Below are positions 11,317 through 21,578 of a DNA stretch of 64,000 bases, in pieces; position 1 is the stretch's first letter, and the number at the start of each line of letters is the position of its first letter. This DNA comes from Sphingobacteriales bacterium. Its GTDB lineage: Bacteria; Bacteroidota; Bacteroidia; Chitinophagales; UBA2359. Position numbers and translations under genes: made by a program. Under the pieces are notes generated by a model. The model was not told where the DNA came from. It worked only from the letters and a program-made list of their open reading frames with translations, and ran no database searches. The DNA is taken from assembly GCA_016711295.1 (NCBI GenBank), contig JADJTE010000009.1, positions 56,919-120,918 on the forward strand, given 5' to 3'.

Positions 11317-12684
11317 ATGAAAATAGCCTCTATCAATCCGACCACCAACCAAGTAGTGGCGCGTGTGGCACAACATAGTTGGCGGCAGATAGACCAACTG
11401 CTGCGCCACGCCGAATCGGGATTTGCCATCAATCGCACGAGTGCTTTGTCGGTGCGCAGCAAGCGCCTGTATGCCTTAGCCGATTTGCTCGATGCCCGCA
11501 AAGCCGATTATGCACAGTTGATAACCTTAGAAATGGGCAAACCCATCAGCGAATCGCTCGCCGAAATCGAAAAATGCGCTTGGGTATGCCGTTATTATGC
11601 CGAAAATGCCAAACATTTCTTGCGAGACGAAGCATTCGAAACCCAATATCGCCTCAGCCTCGTCGTACAGCAACCCTTGGGCGTGGTGTTGGCTATCATG
11701 CCTTGGAATTTTCCGTTTTGGCAAGTATTTCGCTTTGCCGCTGCCGCTCTCATGGCGGGCAATGCCGTAGTGCTCAAACACGCCCCCAATGTGCCGCAGT
11801 GCGCCGCCGCATTAGAAACCTTATTTGCCGATGCCCGCTACCCCGAAGGTCTGTTTCAAAACGTTTATCTCGACAATACCAAAGTGCATTGGCTCATCAC
11901 CGACCCACGCATACATGCTGTCACATTTACGGGCAGCGCGGCTACGGGGGCTAAGGTAGCCGCCTTAGCCGCCCAACACCTCAAAAAAACCGTACTCGAA
12001 TTGGGCGGCAGCGACCCATTCATCGTATTAGACGATGCGGCATTGAAAGAAGCAGCCCAAGTAGCGGTGCAATCGCGCATGACCAACGCAGGGCAGAGTT
12101 GTATCGCCGCCAAGCGATTTATTGTCACCGAAGCGGTAGCCCCCGAATTTATCCGCCAAATGACCGACCATATACGTGCCTTGCGCATGGGCGACCCCAA
12201 GGACCCACAAACACAGATAGGTCCCTTAGCCCGCCCTGATTTGGTGTCGCAACTCGAACGCCAAGTGCGCGACTCGCTACGCATGGGAGCGCAAATAGCC
12301 TTGGGCGGAAGCCGTCCAGCGGCTTGGGCGGGCAACTACTTCTACCCCACCCTACTGACCAACTGCCGCCGCGGAATGCCCGTATTCGACGAAGAAACTT
12401 TCGGTCCTGTGGCGGCTGTCGCCATCGTCAAAAATGCCCAAGAAGCCATTGCCTTAGCCAACGATACACCTTACGGCTTAGGTGCGTCTATATGGACAAC
12501 AGATACAGACCGCGCCAACCGCCTCGCCAATCAAATACAATCGGGATTTGTGGCTATCAATACCCTCGTACAATCAGACCCGCGCCTGCCTTTCGGAGGC
12601 ATCAAACAATCGGGCTACGGACGCGAACTGTCTGAATATGGCATACGCGAATTTGTCAATACCAAAACCATCATCGCCCGATAA
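11317..12684 (+). CDS. NAD(P)-dependent aldehyde / succinate-semialdehyde dehydrogenase
   Basis: It carries the ALDH motifs ELGGSDP and GQSCIAAKRF. The ATG is at 11317; the track start at 11302 is a TTG. A TACCTTTG box sits at 11305-11312. Confidence 0.85.
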   Translation: MKIASINPTTNQVVARVAQHSWRQIDQLLRHAESGFAINRTSALSVRSKRLYALADLLDARKADYAQLITLEMGKPISESLAEIEKCAWVCRYYAENAKHFLRDEAFETQYRLSLVVQQPLGVVLAIMPWNFPFWQVFRFAAAALMAGNAVVLKHAPNVPQCAAALETLFADARYPEGLFQNVYLDNTKVHWLITDPRIHAVTFTGSAATGAKVAALAAQHLKKTVLELGGSDPFIVLDDAALKEAAQVAVQSRMTNAGQSCIAAKRFIVTEAVAPEFIRQMTDHIRALRMGDPKDPQTQIGPLARPDLVSQLERQVRDSLRMGAQIALGGSRPAAWAGNYFYPTLLTNCRRGMPVFDEETFGPVAAVAIVKNAQEAIALANDTPYGLGASIWTTDTDRANRLANQIQSGFVAINTLVQSDPRLPFGGIKQSGYGRELSEYGIREFVNTKTIIAR

Positions 12685-12691
12685 ATAGAAT

Positions 12692-14611
12692 ATGAATTAT
12701 TTAAGTGCAGAAAACGTATCAAAAACCTACGGCGACCAAGTATTGTTTGCCGATTTTACGCTTAGCCTCAATAAAGGGCAAAAAGTGGGATTGATAGCCC
12801 GCAACGGTACGGGCAAAACAAGCCTCCTGCGCATCTTGACGGGCAAAGATAGCTCCGACTTAGGCGGTACGATGCGCTGGCACAAAGGCATACGCATCGG
12901 CTACTTGGAGCAAGACCCCGCCCTATCGCCCAACGATACCATTTTTGAAGCCGTAGTGAGCAGCGAACACCCCGCCTTCGAAGCCCTACAAGGCTACGAA
13001 AACGCCCTCGCCCTACACACCCTACACAACAACGCCGCCTCGCAACAAGCCTTAGAACAAGCAATGAACCACGTGCAAACCCTTGAAGCATGGGACTTTG
13101 AGGCGCGTATGCGCGAGATGTTGTCGCGCTTTGGTATAGACCGCCTCGACCGAAACGTCAGCCAATTATCGGGCGGCGAACTCAAACGTGTAGCCTTAGC
13201 CTCCGTATTGCTCAAAGACCCCGATTTGTTGGTCTTGGACGAACCTACCAACCACCTCGATTTGGAGATGATAGAATGGCTCGAAGAGTATTTGAGCCGA
13301 CCCAATATTACGCTGCTCATCGTCACGCACGACCGCTATTTTTTAGACCGCGTTACCGAAGAAATCATCGAAATAGAACGCGGGCAAATGTTTCGATATA
13401 AAGGCAATTATACGTATTATTTAGAAAAAAAATCGGAATGGAGTGCCAATTTCAAAGCCGAAACCGACAAGGCGCAAAAATTGATGAAAAAAGAATTGGA
13501 ATGGATACGCACCCAACCCAAAGCGCGTGGCACAAAGGCAAAAGCCCGAGTTGATGCCTTTGAGCATATAGAACAACGCGCCCGACAACAAATATACGAA
13601 AGCGACGTCGATTTTGAATTGGTCAAAATGGAGCGCATAGGCGGCAAAACCGTCGAATTTCACTACGTCACCAAGCAATTCGATGACCGATATATCCTGC
13701 ACGATTTTCACTATAATTTTAATCGCTATGACCGAATCGGCATTGTAGGTAAAAATGGCACGGGCAAAAGTACGTTTCTCAACCTGCTCACCGAACGCGA
13801 ACGACCCGACGCAGGGCGCGTTGTAGTAGGGCAAACAGTGCGCTTCGGCTACTATACACAAGGCGGTTTGCAACTGAAAGAAGACAAAAAGGTGATAGAT
13901 GTAGTGCGCAATATAGCCGAAGTATTGCCCTTAGAAAAAGGTAAATATTTGACCGCCGCACAATTGCTCTACCACTTCCAATTTGCCCACGCCAAACACG
14001 AACAATACGTATCGACCCTCAGCGGAGGCGAACAACGCCGCTTATACCTGCTGACGATATTGATGCAAAATCCCAATTTTCTTATTCTCGACGAACCAAC
14101 AAACGACTTAGACCTACTAACGCTAAATCTATTAGAAGAATTTTTAATCCACTTCAAAGGCTGTTTGGTCATCGTATCGCACGACCGATATTTTATGGAT
14201 AAACTCATAGACCACGTATTTGTATTTGAGGGAAACGGCAAGGTGCGCGATTATCCGGGCAATTATACACAATATCGCGAAGTGCGACAAGCCGAAATAG
14301 CCAGTGAGCGCGAAAAAAGTCGCATTGAGCGCGAAGCAGCTAACAAAATTATCCTCGCTACCACAGCCGCCCCTAATCACAACGAGCGCGAAAAGCGCAA
14401 ACTGACATTCAACGAACAACGCGAATACAATCATATAGAAGACGACATCGCCGCCTTAGAACACGAAAAAGCACAACTCGAAACCCAACTCTGCCAACCC
14501 AACGCATCGCACCAAGAATTGTCGGATTGGGCAAAACGCATCGGCGAATTGGCACAACAAATAGAAACCAAAACCGACCGCTGGCTCGAACTAAGCCAAT
14601 GGGCACAATAA
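12692..14611 (+). CDS. ABC-F family ATPase (two ABC cassettes, no TM domain)
   Basis: This is a 639-aa ORF. The first cassette has ARNGTGKTS, LSGGELKRV and LLVLDEPTNHLD. The second has GKNGTGKST, LSGGEQRR and FLILDEPTNDLD. The tail is charged and coiled-coil-like. Confidence 0.9.
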   Translation: MNYLSAENVSKTYGDQVLFADFTLSLNKGQKVGLIARNGTGKTSLLRILTGKDSSDLGGTMRWHKGIRIGYLEQDPALSPNDTIFEAVVSSEHPAFEALQGYENALALHTLHNNAASQQALEQAMNHVQTLEAWDFEARMREMLSRFGIDRLDRNVSQLSGGELKRVALASVLLKDPDLLVLDEPTNHLDLEMIEWLEEYLSRPNITLLIVTHDRYFLDRVTEEIIEIERGQMFRYKGNYTYYLEKKSEWSANFKAETDKAQKLMKKELEWIRTQPKARGTKAKARVDAFEHIEQRARQQIYESDVDFELVKMERIGGKTVEFHYVTKQFDDRYILHDFHYNFNRYDRIGIVGKNGTGKSTFLNLLTERERPDAGRVVVGQTVRFGYYTQGGLQLKEDKKVIDVVRNIAEVLPLEKGKYLTAAQLLYHFQFAHAKHEQYVSTLSGGEQRRLYLLTILMQNPNFLILDEPTNDLDLLTLNLLEEFLIHFKGCLVIVSHDRYFMDKLIDHVFVFEGNGKVRDYPGNYTQYREVRQAEIASEREKSRIEREAANKIILATTAAPNHNEREKRKLTFNEQREYNHIEDDIAALEHEKAQLETQLCQPNASHQELSDWAKRIGELAQQIETKTDRWLELSQWAQ

Positions 14612-14639
14612 ATTGCCACTCACCTTTTTACGCTAACTC

Positions 14640-15719
14640 ATGGATATAGCTCCTATATCGGCTTGGCACCTGCCCCGCGCACAAAAACCCATCTTGATAG
14701 CCGGACCTTGCAGTGCCGAGACCGAAACACAAGTAAATGAAACCTGCGACCGCTTGGCAGCACAAGGCATGGTGAGTATTTTGAGGGCGGGTATCTGGAA
14801 ACCCCGCACCCGACCCAATAGCTTCGAGGGCGTAGGCGCGGTAGGGCTGGCATGGCTCAAACGCGCGGGTCTGCGCCACGGATTGCCCGTTACGGTAGAA
14901 GTAGCTAACAGCAAACACGTAGAAGAAGCCCTACAAGCAGGTATCGATATTTTGTGGATTGGCGCACGCACTACCGTCAACCCCTTTGCCGTACAAGAAA
15001 TCGCCGATGCCTTAGCGGGTGTAGACCTACCCGTTATTGTCAAAAACCCCGTCAACCCCGACCTATCGCTATGGATAGGCGCCTTAGAACGTTTGGCAAA
15101 TAGCGGCATTACGCGCTTGGCTGCGCTACATCGCGGATTTTCGTACTACGAAAAAACCAAATATCGCAACAACCCACAATGGGAAATACCCATCGAACTG
15201 ATGCGCCAATTGCCACAATTGCCCGTTTGGTGCGACCCATCTCATATTTGTGGCAACCGACATTTATTGCTACACGTAGCTCAAAAAGCCTTAGACCTCA
15301 ACTTCGGAGGTTTGATGCTCGAATCACATATCAATCCCGATGCAGCGTGGAGCGATGCCGAGCAACAAGTAACCCCCGAACGCTTAGGCGAACTGTTTCA
15401 AAGCCTCGTCATACGCCAAGTAGCTACCGATAATCCGCAGTTTAAACATACCTTAGACGACCTACGCGAAAATATTGATGCCATAGACCGCGATATTATC
15501 GATATGCTCGCCAAACGAATGCGCATATCTCGCCAAATTGGTCGCTGCAAAAACGATAATCATATCACTATCCTCCAACCCGAACGCTGGGACAGCCTAT
15601 TTCGCCAGCGCACCCAACAAGGCATAGGACAAGGGCTAACACCCGATTTTATGCGCGATTTTTGCACCGCTATACACAACGAATCTATCCGCCACCAAAA
15701 CAGCGTCATGAATCCGTAA
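14640..15719 (+). CDS. bifunctional 3-deoxy-7-phosphoheptulonate synthase (type I-beta) / chorismate mutase
   Basis: This is a 359-aa ORF. DAHPS/KDO8PS-like motifs are present (PILIAGPCSAE, LRAGIWKPRTRPNSFEG, WCDPSH). The C-terminus has an AroQ-type CM segment, LDDLRENIDAIDRDIIDMLAKRMRISRQIG. Confidence 0.85.
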   Translation: MDIAPISAWHLPRAQKPILIAGPCSAETETQVNETCDRLAAQGMVSILRAGIWKPRTRPNSFEGVGAVGLAWLKRAGLRHGLPVTVEVANSKHVEEALQAGIDILWIGARTTVNPFAVQEIADALAGVDLPVIVKNPVNPDLSLWIGALERLANSGITRLAALHRGFSYYEKTKYRNNPQWEIPIELMRQLPQLPVWCDPSHICGNRHLLLHVAQKALDLNFGGLMLESHINPDAAWSDAEQQVTPERLGELFQSLVIRQVATDNPQFKHTLDDLRENIDAIDRDIIDMLAKRMRISRQIGRCKNDNHITILQPERWDSLFRQRTQQGIGQGLTPDFMRDFCTAIHNESIRHQNSVMNP

Positions 15720-15751
15720 AGAAACGCCATCTACCAAAAAACACGCCCAAC

Positions 15752-17167
15752 ATGAAAGCCTACCGCGCCCCTATCACCATTATTGTCTTGCTCGTCATAG
15801 CACAACTATTGTTTGAGCATTACCGACCTAAATCGCTCGATTGGAAACCTAACTACGAATACAAGGAGAAAAAACCACTTGGATGCTATCTCAGCTACCA
15901 AATGTTGAGCCACCTGTTCGAAGCCCATAGTATTAAAGTAGTGCAACAACCCATCTATAACCAATTAGGCGGCGAAGATAATGACCTTACGGCGAGCATG
16001 TACGAACAAGCAATAGACACAGATACTACCAATTACGAAGCAGAGGCAAATAATTATGACAACGATACGACAACAAGCATAGGCAAAAGTTATGAAGACG
16101 AAACAGCACCCCAAACAAACGAAGAAAGCGACTACACCGCGACAAATGACTTAGATGAAAACAATGGCGAAGCAACAGACACTATAATATATGACATCTC
16201 GAACCAAGACCATAGCAGCGAACAATACCTATTCGTAACTCAAAATTTAGAGGCTGATGCCTTAGACACCCGCCTGCTCCTCAACTTCGTCGACACAGGC
16301 GGAACGGTCTCTATCGCCGCCGAAACATTGAGCGATACCCTCGCCCGAACAATCGGCATAAGTACAAGCGGGCATTTTACTTGGGACGATACGAGCCAAT
16401 ACGCCATTACCCTCACCCACCCGCGTTATGCGTCCAAGCAGCAATATCATTTCGACCAACGGCATACCGATCATTATTTTGACCAATTAGACACTGCCAA
16501 CACAACTATTCTGGGCTATATCGAAGCGGTACGCCCCAATTTCATAGCACTAAGACGCGGAAAAGGAGTATTTTATCTGCATAGCAACCCCAATCTATTT
16601 GCCAACTATACCGCTATACAAGACAGCGGAGCGCAATACATAGCCCAAGTATTTGCCCATTTGCCCAATCCAAGTACTACCTACTGGGACGAACAATACA
16701 AACCCAATCGCGCTATTTATCGCGACTCGCCCTTGCGCTACATCTTATCAGTCGATGCCTTGCGCTGGGCGTGGTATTTGTCTTTGGCGGGCGTGGTGCT
16801 GTTTATGCTCATCGAATCGAAACGCCGACAACGCCCCATTCCCATTGTAGAACCCCTGCGCAACACTACCCTCGATTTTGCCCGCACCATAGGACTGCTC
16901 TATTACCAACAAGGCGACCACCGCGATTTAGCCAACAAAAAAATTACCCATTTCGGCGATTTCCTGCGCCAACGCCTATACCTACCGCCGCTACAATTAG
17001 AGCGAGATTATTACCAACTCGTTGCCCAAAAATCCGAGCAATCGCTTGCCGACATCGAAGCCATTTTTAGGCTTATCGTGCAAGTGCGCACCCAAGCATC
17101 AATAGAACCCGAAACCCTGCTCGACCTCAATCGTCGCATCGATAATTTTTATCGAAATATAGGCTAA
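15752..17167 (+). CDS. membrane protein with acidic low-complexity region (DUF4350-like)
   Basis: The likely start is MKAYRAPITIIVLLV at 15752. It has an N-terminal TM, a D/E/N/T-rich stretch and a second TM followed by ESKRRQRPIPIVEPLRNTT. The family assignment is tentative. Confidence 0.5.
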   Translation: MKAYRAPITIIVLLVIAQLLFEHYRPKSLDWKPNYEYKEKKPLGCYLSYQMLSHLFEAHSIKVVQQPIYNQLGGEDNDLTASMYEQAIDTDTTNYEAEANNYDNDTTTSIGKSYEDETAPQTNEESDYTATNDLDENNGEATDTIIYDISNQDHSSEQYLFVTQNLEADALDTRLLLNFVDTGGTVSIAAETLSDTLARTIGISTSGHFTWDDTSQYAITLTHPRYASKQQYHFDQRHTDHYFDQLDTANTTILGYIEAVRPNFIALRRGKGVFYLHSNPNLFANYTAIQDSGAQYIAQVFAHLPNPSTTYWDEQYKPNRAIYRDSPLRYILSVDALRWAWYLSLAGVVLFMLIESKRRQRPIPIVEPLRNTTLDFARTIGLLYYQQGDHRDLANKKITHFGDFLRQRLYLPPLQLERDYYQLVAQKSEQSLADIEAIFRLIVQVRTQASIEPETLLDLNRRIDNFYRNIG

Positions 17168-17188
17168 ACCTCCAAACGCAAGCCGCCT

Positions 17189-18285
17189 ATGCAACACCTA
17201 TTCATCGGCGATATAGCCACTGCACTACCCGCGTTTTTGTCCGAACGGTCATACAGCCAACTCGTCATTTTGACCGATACGGTTGTGCAGCAATATTGTT
17301 TGCCCATATCGCTCGAAAAGTCCAGCTTTGCGCACTGCCCTCGCTTATCTGCATCGAAACGGGCGAACAATATAAAAATATCGATACGTGCAGCTATATT
17401 TGGCGGCAATTGCTCGCGGCAGGAGCCGACCGCCAAACGCTCTTGCTCAATCTCGGCGGAGGTGTAGTGGGCGATATGGGCGGTTTTGCAGCGGCAACCT
17501 ATCAGCGCGGTATCGGCTTTATACACCTACCCACCACCCTATTGGCACAAATAGATGCGGCAATAGGCGGCAAACTCGCCATCGATTTTGATGGATTAAA
17601 AAACATGGTCGGATTGTTTCGGCAGCCCGAAGCAATATTTGCCGACCCTTTTTTTTTGGCAACCCTGCCCACGCGCCAATTGCGCAGCGGTTACGCCGAA
17701 ATGCTCAAACACGCCCTTATTGCCGACCCCGAACAGTTTGCTGTCCTTGACCCCGACACGCTGCCCCGCACCGAAGCCCATACTTGGGGGCAAGACCCCC
17801 GCGAAGTAGCTGCCATCAGCCGCGCCGCCGCCATCAAAATGGCAGTAGTGCGCGACGACCCACAAGAGAAAGGGCGGCGAAAAATACTCAATTTTGGGCA
17901 TACCATCGGGCACGCCCTCGAATCATGGTCGCTCGTCCGCCAACCCAATGACCCGCTACTGCACGGCGAAGCAATAGCAGCGGGCATGATTGCCGAATTG
18001 TACTTGTCGCAACAAGTAGCGGGTTTCCCTACGGCACAATTTAATCGTGTTGCCACGCGCCTGCGCAGTCTTTTTCCTCAACAAATGATAAAAACCGCCT
18101 GCCAAGCCGCCTTCAATGGCGACGATTTGTTTTGGCACGCCTTGGGAAAAGACAAAAAAAATGTGGGCAATAGCTACCGTTTTGTGCTACTCCGCCAAAT
18201 AGGTAGCCCAATTTGGGATATCGAAATCAACCAACAGGATATAAAGAAAGCCTTGGCTATTTGTCGCGAATGGGCAAGTAACTAA
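17189..18285 (+). CDS. aroB: 3-dehydroquinate synthase; one frame break near 17320-17345
   Basis: ORFs 17189-17467 and 17296-18285 join. The motif GGGVVGDMGGFAAATYQRGIGFIHLPTTLLAQIDAAIGGK is present. Confidence 0.88.
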
Positions 18286-18625
18286 ACGGAATATCCATTT
18301 AATTTTAATGGGTAGTGCATTAAATGGAATACTGTTTTCTGGGGTAAAAAGCTTATGGCGTATACGATTTAGAAGCTACTTAACCTCACATTTGATGCAG
18401 TGCTCTTGAATAGAACTACCCGAAAGACCGGACAGTTTTTTTCAAAAAATTCTCTTCGATTCATTTTGAACAAAAGTGCTAATTCGTAAAATTTATATTT
18501 TTTAATGTGCATAAAAAATTGATTTACAGCAATTTGCGAATAGTAAAAACAGAAAAAACTAATTTTTAAAACACCTTTTCAGAAAAGGACTTTTTCGGCA
18601 TACTCTATTTAATTTTGCGCTCTAA

Positions 18626-18954
18626 CTATTGGTTTGGTTTTTAAGTTTTATCCACTTACCTTGCACGAGTTTCATACCTACAACATTCTCAGGCTTGGGT
18701 CTATTAGATGTTACCGATATAATATGTTCATGTCACTTTAAAAACAAAATACATTAAATATTTTTTATAATTTATCATAAATTACTGATAATCAGCAAAT
18801 TATATCTTGTATAAATTCCACCTCTTTTAGGGGCTTAGGGAGAGTTCTTGAACTAATAACTCAATTATCTAACGCTATCTCCTAAGTCCTAACGCTTGGA
18901 AATGGATACATAATAGGCAAAATTAATACTCAAAACTTAAAAATCAGACCACTA
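18626..18954. mobile_element. MITE-like dispersed repeat, family 2, copy a (329 bp)
   Basis: It aligns end to end with 58367-58695. The imperfect terminal inverted repeats are ctattggtttggtttttaagtt and aacttaaaaatcagaccacta. It lies in a 940-bp AT-rich intergenic region. Confidence 0.65.
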
Positions 18955-19044
18955 TTCGGACACAGTCAAATGTTCAGCGAAAAAATAATATCCCAAACTG
19001 CGCTTTTTGAAACATTATGTCGCAAACAGCAATAGGAATAGTAG

Positions 19045-19084
19045 TAAAATAAAAAAGGGGTGCCGAACGAAACAGCACCCCCTT
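19045..19084 (-). terminator. orphan Rho-independent terminator-like hairpin (minus strand)
   Basis: The minus strand reads aagggggtgc-tgtttcgttcg-gcacccc followed by ttttttatttt. No annotated minus-strand gene lies upstream. Confidence 0.45.
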
Positions 19085-19226
19085 GAAGTAAAACTTCAAT
19101 CACTACACTCAACTCGACCATAAAGACGCAAGGCATAGACCAAAGTCACAAACACCTGTAAATTCTTTTTCTCAACACCACGCCCTTTCTTTCATCAACA
19201 ATTATTCACACCTATAATTTTATTAT

Positions 19227-19769
19227 ATGATTCCTGCCTTAGCGCAACGATTCGAGCAGTTCGAGCAATTGCGTACCGAATTTTGGGACGACATTGCTGC
19301 TTCAAGCCCCGAACAACGCTTATTTAAACCCAAACCCGACGCATGGTCGATGTTGCAAGTAGCCCAACACATCATAGCGGCAGAAGAAGCCACTTTGCTT
19401 TTTGTTAGCACCCGCCAACGGATAAAATCATCATTCTGGGGGCGTTGGCACAGCCGCATAAGGTCATTCGGATTAAAACTATTCCTACTATCGCCCCTAA
19501 AAGCAAAAGCACCAAATGTGCCTGGCTTGGTGCCCGACGGCAGCAAATCTTATGAGCAACTCAGCAATCATTGGGACGCTGTGCGCGAGCAATGGCGGCA
19601 GTTTTTGACCAATTTCGAGGCAGAACACCTCGAAGATGTCGTGTTTAAACATCCCATAGCCGGTAAGTTTAACCTCTTACAAACTATCGACGATTTTATG
19701 GCACCCCATATCAGCCACCACCTGCAACAACTCCAACGCATCAAAGCAAGCCCCGATTTCCCTTCCTAA
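19227..19769 (+). CDS. DinB-superfamily-like protein
   Basis: This is a 180-aa helical ORF. Its spaced His residues (AQHIIAAEE, HISHHLQQL) are typical of the DinB fold. Confidence 0.5.
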   Translation: MIPALAQRFEQFEQLRTEFWDDIAASSPEQRLFKPKPDAWSMLQVAQHIIAAEEATLLFVSTRQRIKSSFWGRWHSRIRSFGLKLFLLSPLKAKAPNVPGLVPDGSKSYEQLSNHWDAVREQWRQFLTNFEAEHLEDVVFKHPIAGKFNLLQTIDDFMAPHISHHLQQLQRIKASPDFPS

Positions 19770-19790
19770 CTGCGTATTTTAGCCTAAGTA

Positions 19791-21522
19791 ATGATGAATC
19801 GCCGCTCATTCCTTCAACGCTTGCTGCCCGACCGCCAAGCTACCCAAAGCGGGTTAGCTCCTTATACGGGCACTTGGGCTGCGCCACAAATAGCCCACCT
19901 ATTGCGCCGAACTACCTACGGCATTCGCACGGGCGACATTGCCCAATTACAAGCCATGTCTATGTCGGCAGCCGTTGATTTGTTGCTCACGCCACCGCCC
20001 GAATCGAGCGTGGCATGCCTATCAACTATTATTTAGACACCGACGGCGGCGTATTCGGTGCTACGCTCGGCAACACCTGGTATAGCCACGGAGTATTATA
20101 TCCTGGCTTTGAACCTTCTCGCATCAATTCGGTACGAGTATGGATAATGCGTCGCATGTGGGCGCAAGGGTTGAGTATTTTTGACAAAATGGCTTTTTTT
20201 TGGCATAACCATTTTGCCATAGAAGCCAACGAAATATATCATGCTAACCGCACCTACCACTATTGCATCACGCTGAACCAATATGCGATGGGCAATTTTA
20301 AGCAATTGGTGCGAGCCATTACCATCGAGCCAGCAATGCTCGATTACTTGAACGGAAAATGGAATAATGCCGCTGCACCCGACGAAAATTATGCTCGCGA
20401 ACTGCAAGAGCTTTTTACCGTAGGCAAAGGACCCGACTCGCAATATACCGAAGCTGACGTACAAGCAGCAGCCCGCGTACTAACGGGCTATGGCTACCTA
20501 AATAGTCCATTCGACAGCAGCCCCTTTGACCAATTCCAATTTGGGTGGAGCAATTATTATGGCTGGGTCGATTATAACCTGCACGATTCGGGCAACAAAA
20601 CATTTTCGGCATTTTATAACAATACCGTCATTGCAGGAATCGGCGGCGAAGGCGGCATCGCTGAACTCGATAGCTTGTTAAATATGATTTTTGACCAAGC
20701 AGAAGTAGCTAAATTTATCTGCCGTAAATTGTATCGCTATTTTGTCTATTACGACATAACGCCCGCTATCGAAAACGACATCATTAGTCCATTAGCCGAT
20801 ATTTTTCGCAATAACAATTATGAAATATTGCCCGTTTTGTCGGCACTGTTCAAAAGCGAACATTTTTATGACAGCCTCAACCGCGCTTGCCAAATCAAAA
20901 ACCCCTTAGATTTTGCCATCGGATTATGCCGCGAATTTGCCATTCCGTTTTGGAGTGGCACCAGCACCAATTTTTTATCCAAAATTGGCAAGTAGCCGCT
21001 GCCAACCGCGACCGCTGCATAGAAGCCCTGCGCCAGCATTGCGAAAACACAGCCATGAGTCCCCTCGACCCGCCCTCTGTGTCGGGCTGGCCTGCTTATT
21101 ACCAAGAACCGCTCTATTACGAGTTATTGGTCAATGCCGATGTGTATAGCAAACGTATGGAATTGATAGAACAACTATGTCAAGGCGGACTTAGTGTAGC
21201 TACACCTTATTCGTCGCCGAGCAGCCATCTCTTGCGCATCAATTTTGTCGATTTTGCCCAAACCCTATCTAACCCCTCCGACCCCAACGCCTTAGTTGAG
21301 GAGGCTTTATCCCGCTTGTATGCCTACCCCGTCGAGCAGCCTTTTAAGGATTACCTCAAAACATTTCTGCTGTCGGGTCAAACCGCCGATTATTATTGGA
21401 CTTCGGCTTGGGGCGATTTTGCGGCTAACCCCAGCAACAGCACCTATCGCGCCATTGTATCGGCGCGTTTGCAAGGCATGATACAATATATGCTATCGCA
21501 ATCAGAATATATGCTGATGTAA
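19791..21522 (+). CDS. DUF1800-family protein; two frame breaks
   Basis: ORFs 19791-20036, 20015-20995 and 20887-21522 join. The FWHNHFA signature is present, and it is paired with the DUF1501 gene downstream. Confidence 0.7.
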
Positions 21523-21578
21523 TTTATATAAATTATTATTATAAATAATATTAGGTATTTTATCCTCTAATCATTGCC

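Noticed and set aside
11379-12635. Long alternative-frame and antisense ORFs lie inside the aldehyde dehydrogenase gene. Similar ones occur inside ffh (33316-34566), the ABC-F gene and the DAHP synthase gene.
   Set aside because: They are Arg/Pro/Cys-rich or otherwise low-complexity translations, typical of off-frame reads of GC-balanced genes. Each overlaps a gene with strong family motifs.
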